Source: Marinicella sp. | Lineage (GTDB): Bacteria > Pseudomonadota > Gammaproteobacteria > Xanthomonadales > Marinicellaceae | Length of the DNA stretch: 64,000 nt | NCBI GenBank assembly: GCA_965230295.1 | Contig: OZ246001.1 | Coordinates: 2,624,001-2,688,000, forward strand | Direction of reading: 5' to 3' | In this document: positions 60,117 through 64,000 of the stretch, piece by piece | How positions within the stretch are numbered: the stretch's first letter is position 1 | Layout of the letters: the number at the start of each line of letters is the position of its first letter | Program-made: the position numbers and the translations under genes | The notes under the pieces: generated by a model | Told to the model about the DNA's origin: nothing | The model's database searches: none | The model's input: only the letters and a program-made list of their open reading frames with translations

Positions 60117-61382
60117 ATGATAAAAAACTGTTCTCACTTAAAAAAAACGGCCCTGGTTTCTGCCTTGCTGCTAGAAATGGGTGCGGGGGCACAAGCGGCC
60201 AACATCGCCGTTGATGGCACCACTTGTAACTTAGCGGATGCCATCACTGCCGCCAATATGGATACTCCTACAGGGGGGTGTTCAGCTGGAGCGGGGGATG
60301 ATGTCCTGGATTTAGATTTGGGTGGTAGCCCATTTGTACTAACAGCTCAATTGCCTGATATCAGTTCCAATGTCACAATCAATGGTAATGGCGCAACAGT
60401 CTCTCGAGATGCCGGGGCGCTTGAATTCAACGTGTTCAACATAAATGGCACCAACACCACTTCAATTTTAAATGACCTAACAATCACGGGTGGAAACAGT
60501 CCCGTTAATTTTGGAGGTGGTTTATTTGCTGGATTTGGAACGACTGTTGAAATTAATAATTGCACCATCACAGACAACATGGGTGGTGGTGTATTGTTCA
60601 ACAACAGCAGTAATGCGACGCTCAGAAATTCTCTGATTGATAACAACACAGGAAACATGGCATTTTTGCTTGATGGAGCAGGCGTTGGTATAGCTGGTGG
60701 TAATGTGGATATCATTAACACAACCATTACAAGAAATTACAATCCAGCATACATTTCAGGAGGTGGTGGCGGTATCTTTATCTCTGATTCTTTCGGTCCA
60801 GTAACAGTTGGCATAACCAACAGCACCATTTCTGGCAACACTGCCACAGCTAGAGGTGGTGGAATCTCCAGCGAGGGTGGTGGCCTTGGTATAGATTTGA
60901 ATTTGAATAACGTCACGGTCACTTTGAATTCATCTGCTGGCAATGGTGGTGGTATTTATAGCAGTTATACGGATATTGCCGTTTCTCAATCTTTGATTTC
61001 TGGCAATACGGCAGCGGTATCCAATCAATGGGAATCTACAGGTGCATCTTACGTGACAGTTAATGCATACAACATCTTTGGAGAAAGCAATGCCGCGGGG
61101 TTGACAGGAGTGACTCCGGGTGTTTATGACATCATACCAACAGTTGGTGTTGCGGAGATTTTTGACACCAACTTAACAGACAACGGCGGTGCAACACCAA
61201 CCCATGCATTGATCGCCAATGGCCCTGCTTTAGACGCGATTGCCGCATGTTTACTGAGCACTGATCAAACGGGTAAATCCAGACCCATCGATGGAGATGC
61301 AGATGGCAATGCATTGTGCGATGTGGGGGCCTTCGAAAACATCTACCCCGATGTGATTTTCACTGATGGGTTTGAAAACTGA
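60117..61382 (+). CDS. Secreted parallel beta-helix protein with choice-of-anchor-Q-like domain and IFTDGFE tail
   Basis: CNLADAITAAN, GGGI/NSTISGN repeats, DNGGATPTHAL...DQTG..R...CDVGAFE, ends DVIFTDGFEN. Confidence 0.75.
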   Translation: MIKNCSHLKKTALVSALLLEMGAGAQAANIAVDGTTCNLADAITAANMDTPTGGCSAGAGDDVLDLDLGGSPFVLTAQLPDISSNVTINGNGATVSRDAGALEFNVFNINGTNTTSILNDLTITGGNSPVNFGGGLFAGFGTTVEINNCTITDNMGGGVLFNNSSNATLRNSLIDNNTGNMAFLLDGAGVGIAGGNVDIINTTITRNYNPAYISGGGGGIFISDSFGPVTVGITNSTISGNTATARGGGISSEGGGLGIDLNLNNVTVTLNSSAGNGGGIYSSYTDIAVSQSLISGNTAAVSNQWESTGASYVTVNAYNIFGESNAAGLTGVTPGVYDIIPTVGVAEIFDTNLTDNGGATPTHALIANGPALDAIAACLLSTDQTGKSRPIDGDADGNALCDVGAFENIYPDVIFTDGFEN

Positions 61383-61643
61383 CGATGCTCAGCTGAAACC
61401 TTAAAAACTTAAGTACATTGATGGTGCATGGTCAAAAAAGGGGTGTGCAGTCAAATGGGGCGAAAACAGACAAACATCAGGAAATGAATAGGATTCCATT
61501 AAGTGTTTTACTACTGCGATCAGCATAATCAATACTGTTCTGATTCTTTTGTTGGTGAAATTGTGGTGAACATCAACACCTGTAGAAGTTGCGATGGTGA
61601 TGTAAGCATCAAATCTTATCAGTCTGTTTGTTAGAGAAAACCC

Positions 61644-62735
61644 ATGAAAAAATATGTAAAACACCTGGTGGTAACCGCTTTTTTAGCTCTGGTTCATTTA
61701 TCGTCCCTGGCGCAATTTCCTTCAAACCTGGATCTATCCACTCTGGATGGCAACAATGGATTTGTCATCAATGATGTTAGTGGTTTGGCTGGTTTTTCAG
61801 TCAGCGATGCAGGGGATGTCAATGGTGATGGTATCGATGATGTGATCCTGGGGGCTCCTTTTTCTGGTCCAGATACGAACAGACCAACCGGTGTCAGTTA
61901 TGTGGTTTATGGAACAAATGGCGGTTTTACTGGTTCCATAGATCTGTCCAGCCTCGACGGGATAGATGGCTTTACATTGAATGGTATCTCACCAGATGAT
62001 GTGGCTGGTTGGTCAGTTAGCACAGCGGGTGATGTTAATGCCGACGGATTCGATGATATGATCATTGGTGCTCATGATGTTGAGACAAGCGGAGGTAACA
62101 CTTATGTGGTTTTTGGAAGTGATCAAAACTTTCCCCCCTTTATTAACTTGTCCGACCTTAATGGAATCAATGGATTTACCTTGGGAGGTACTGATGATTA
62201 TGATCTGACTGGTTGGTCTGTCAGCACAGCCGGTGATGTCAATGGTGATGGCTTCGATGATGTGATCATTGGGGCCCCTTTTGCTGATCCCAATGGCAGT
62301 GGGTCTGGTAGCAATTATGTGGTGTTTGGAAAGAGTGCTTTCTCAAATTATTTTGATTTATCCACCCTGGATGGGAGCAATGGATTTACACTTCATGGTG
62401 CATCTCGTGATGAATTGGGCCATTCTGTCAGTGGTGCAGGTGATGTCAATGGCGATGGCATTGATGATCTGGTCTTTGGTGCTCCTTTAGAACATAGCAG
62501 CTATGTGCTGTTTGGAACCACCATGGGATTTCCTTCAACCATCAATTCGTTTGACTTAAATGGAGACAATGGCTTTACCCTGAATGGTATCGCAATCGGA
62601 TGGTTTGTCAGTACAGCAGGCGATGTCAATGATGATGGCATTGATGACCTGATCATTGGCGCTTTTGGTGCGGAAAGCAACCCTGTGGTATTTGGTGATG
62701 ATGGTATTTTTACTGATGGTTTTGAACAGGACTGA
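61644..62735 (+). CDS. Secreted FG-GAP/integrin-alpha repeat protein with IFTDGFE tail
   Basis: Five G(F/W/H)xVSxAGDVNxDGxDDxxxGA repeats; ends DGIFTDGFEQD. Confidence 0.88.
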   Translation: MKKYVKHLVVTAFLALVHLSSLAQFPSNLDLSTLDGNNGFVINDVSGLAGFSVSDAGDVNGDGIDDVILGAPFSGPDTNRPTGVSYVVYGTNGGFTGSIDLSSLDGIDGFTLNGISPDDVAGWSVSTAGDVNADGFDDMIIGAHDVETSGGNTYVVFGSDQNFPPFINLSDLNGINGFTLGGTDDYDLTGWSVSTAGDVNGDGFDDVIIGAPFADPNGSGSGSNYVVFGKSAFSNYFDLSTLDGSNGFTLHGASRDELGHSVSGAGDVNGDGIDDLVFGAPLEHSSYVLFGTTMGFPSTINSFDLNGDNGFTLNGIAIGWFVSTAGDVNDDGIDDLIIGAFGAESNPVVFGDDGIFTDGFEQD

Positions 62736-62891
62736 TGCGCCGAGAATGATTTATCTTGAAATCAAATGCTCTTGATCTGATACTTGATATTCAGTGAGTT
62801 GTGTATCCCGTCAGCACCATATGGACCAAATAGGCCAAATCACTAAGAGATAGTTTCGGTTCATTGTAAACTTTAAATACTGGAGTAAACA

Positions 62892-63246
62892 ATGAAGAAA
62901 ACCAAAGCAGAAAAACCGTACGAGACATCCGTCGTCGTACGCGCAAACATTATTCAGCCGAAGATAAAATTCGCATAGTGATCGAAGGGCTGCGTGCGAG
63001 GACGGCATATCAGCTCTGTGCCGTCGCGAAGGGATCAATGCGAACTTGTATTACCGTTGGTCCAAAGAGTTTCTGGAAGCTGGTAAGAAACATTTGGCTG
63101 GCGATACAGTACGCGAAGCCAGCTCTGAAGAAGTCAAAGAACTTCGTGCTGAAACTTTGTCACTGAAAGAAGCCTTGGCTGAAACCGTGCTTGAGAATCG
63201 CTTGCTTAAAAAAAGCATGATTAGCGATTGTGGCGACGATACGTGA
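62892..63246 (+). pseudogene. IS3-family transposase OrfA with two single-base deletions
   Basis: Reconstructed MKKTKAEK/TVRDIRRRTRKHYSAEDKIRIVIEGLR/GEDGISALCRREGINANLYYRWSKEFLEAGKK needs one added base near 62915 and one near 62996. Confidence 0.8.
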
Positions 63247-64000
63247 GATACTCGGCTTCAGAAAAGTACGAGTTGATTCAACTGGTGCAAGATTCTGAAC
63301 TTTCGGTTCGCAAAACACTGAAAAGATTATCTATTAACCGATCCACTTTCTATGGCTGGCTTGAGCGTTACGAGAAAGATGGTTTAGCTGGATTGTCTGA
63401 CAAACCAGCTAAACCAAGTCGGGTGTGGAACAAGATCAGTGAACAACACCAACAAGCCATGCTCCAAATGGCTCTAGATGAAACTGATCTGTCACTCAGA
63501 GAGTTGGCTGTGAAATACACCGACACACAAGGCTATTATGTATCAGAATCAAGCATGTACAGGTTGTTAAAGTCTCAAGACCTGATCACTTCACCTGCTT
63601 ATATCCTGATGCAGGCTGGAGACAAGTTTGATCAGCCCAGCAATCGGGTAAACGAGCTTTGGCAGACTGATTTCACTTACTTCAAGATCATTGGCTGGGG
63701 GTGGTATTATCTATCCACCATACTGGATGACTATTTCAGATTCATCATTTCATGGCGACTGTGTACCACCATGGCTGCATCTGATGTAACTGACACCTTG
63801 GATGATGCTTTGGCTTTCACAGGGCTGGATCAAGTGCATGTGGACCATAAACCACGATTACTGAGTGATAACGGTCCATGTTATATATCAGGCCAACTGG
63901 CTGATTACCTGAAAGATCAGAAGATAACACACACTCGTGGAAGACCATACCGTCCACAAACCCAAGGCAAGATTGAAAGATGGCATCGTTCAATGAAGAA
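63243..64000 (+). CDS. IS3-family transposase OrfB (partial)
   Basis: Translated by hand: MRYSASEKYELI...WQTDFTY...LDD...LLSDNG...PQTQGKIERWHRSMK; open to the window end. Confidence 0.9.
   Translation, partial: MRYSASEKYELIQLVQDSELSVRKTLKRLSINRSTFYGWLERYEKDGLAGLSDKPAKPSRVWNKISEQHQQAMLQMALDETDLSLRELAVKYTDTQGYYVSESSMYRLLKSQDLITSPAYILMQAGDKFDQPSNRVNELWQTDFTYFKIIGWGWYYLSTILDDYFRFIISWRLCTTMAASDVTDTLDDALAFTGLDQVHVDHKPRLLSDNGPCYISGQLADYLKDQKITHTRGRPYRPQTQGKIERWHRSMK

Larger units (their letters stand above)
62795..64000 (+). mobile_element. IS3-family insertion sequence (3'-truncated by window, orfA frameshifted)
   Basis: 5'-TG end, orfA/orfB organisation, A7G slippery site at 63208-63215, DDE integrase core. 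Confidence 0.9.

Noticed and set aside
62978-63246. Two short ORFs in the track (62978-63166, 63046-63246) as separate genes
   Set aside because: They are fragments of the frameshifted IS orfA.

Overview
64 kb chromosomal window from a moderately AT-rich gammaproteobacterium. Gene content and protein styles suggest a marine Xanthomonadales/Lysobacterales relative such as Marinicella (inference). 1-20 kb holds a DUF1302-DUF1329-BNR-RND/MMPL operon running into isolated gspLMN, then lgt, a membrane pyrophosphatase, a cNMP-EAL protein, ppk2, tkt, a phasin, a patatin and uvrY. 20.6-40.8 kb is one co-directional core block (rpsP-rimM-trmD-rplS-rpmB-rpmG-rpsB-tsf-pyrH-frr-uppS-cdsA-dxr-rseP-bamA-skp-lpxD-fabZ-lpxA-lpxB-rnhB-dnaE). 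41-55 kb holds hemH, tesA-ybbAP, DUF1631 and a YtrA/GntR operon. 55.5-64 kb is accessory: an AT-rich islet with a GIY-YIG-like + HEPN-like gene pair, three secreted/surface proteins (two ending in IFTDGFE) and a damaged IS3-family element cut by the window end. Best unexplained signals: (i) a ~400-nt highly structured intergenic element at 48.04-48.44 kb built from repeated hairpin modules with compensatory stems; (ii) the GIY-YIG-like/HEPN-like candidate defence pair; (iii) the shared C-terminal IFTDGFE tag; (iv) a ~120-nt three-hairpin sRNA candidate at 13.1 kb. No rRNA, tRNA or CRISPR array was seen. All family assignments come from motif recognition by eye, not database searches.
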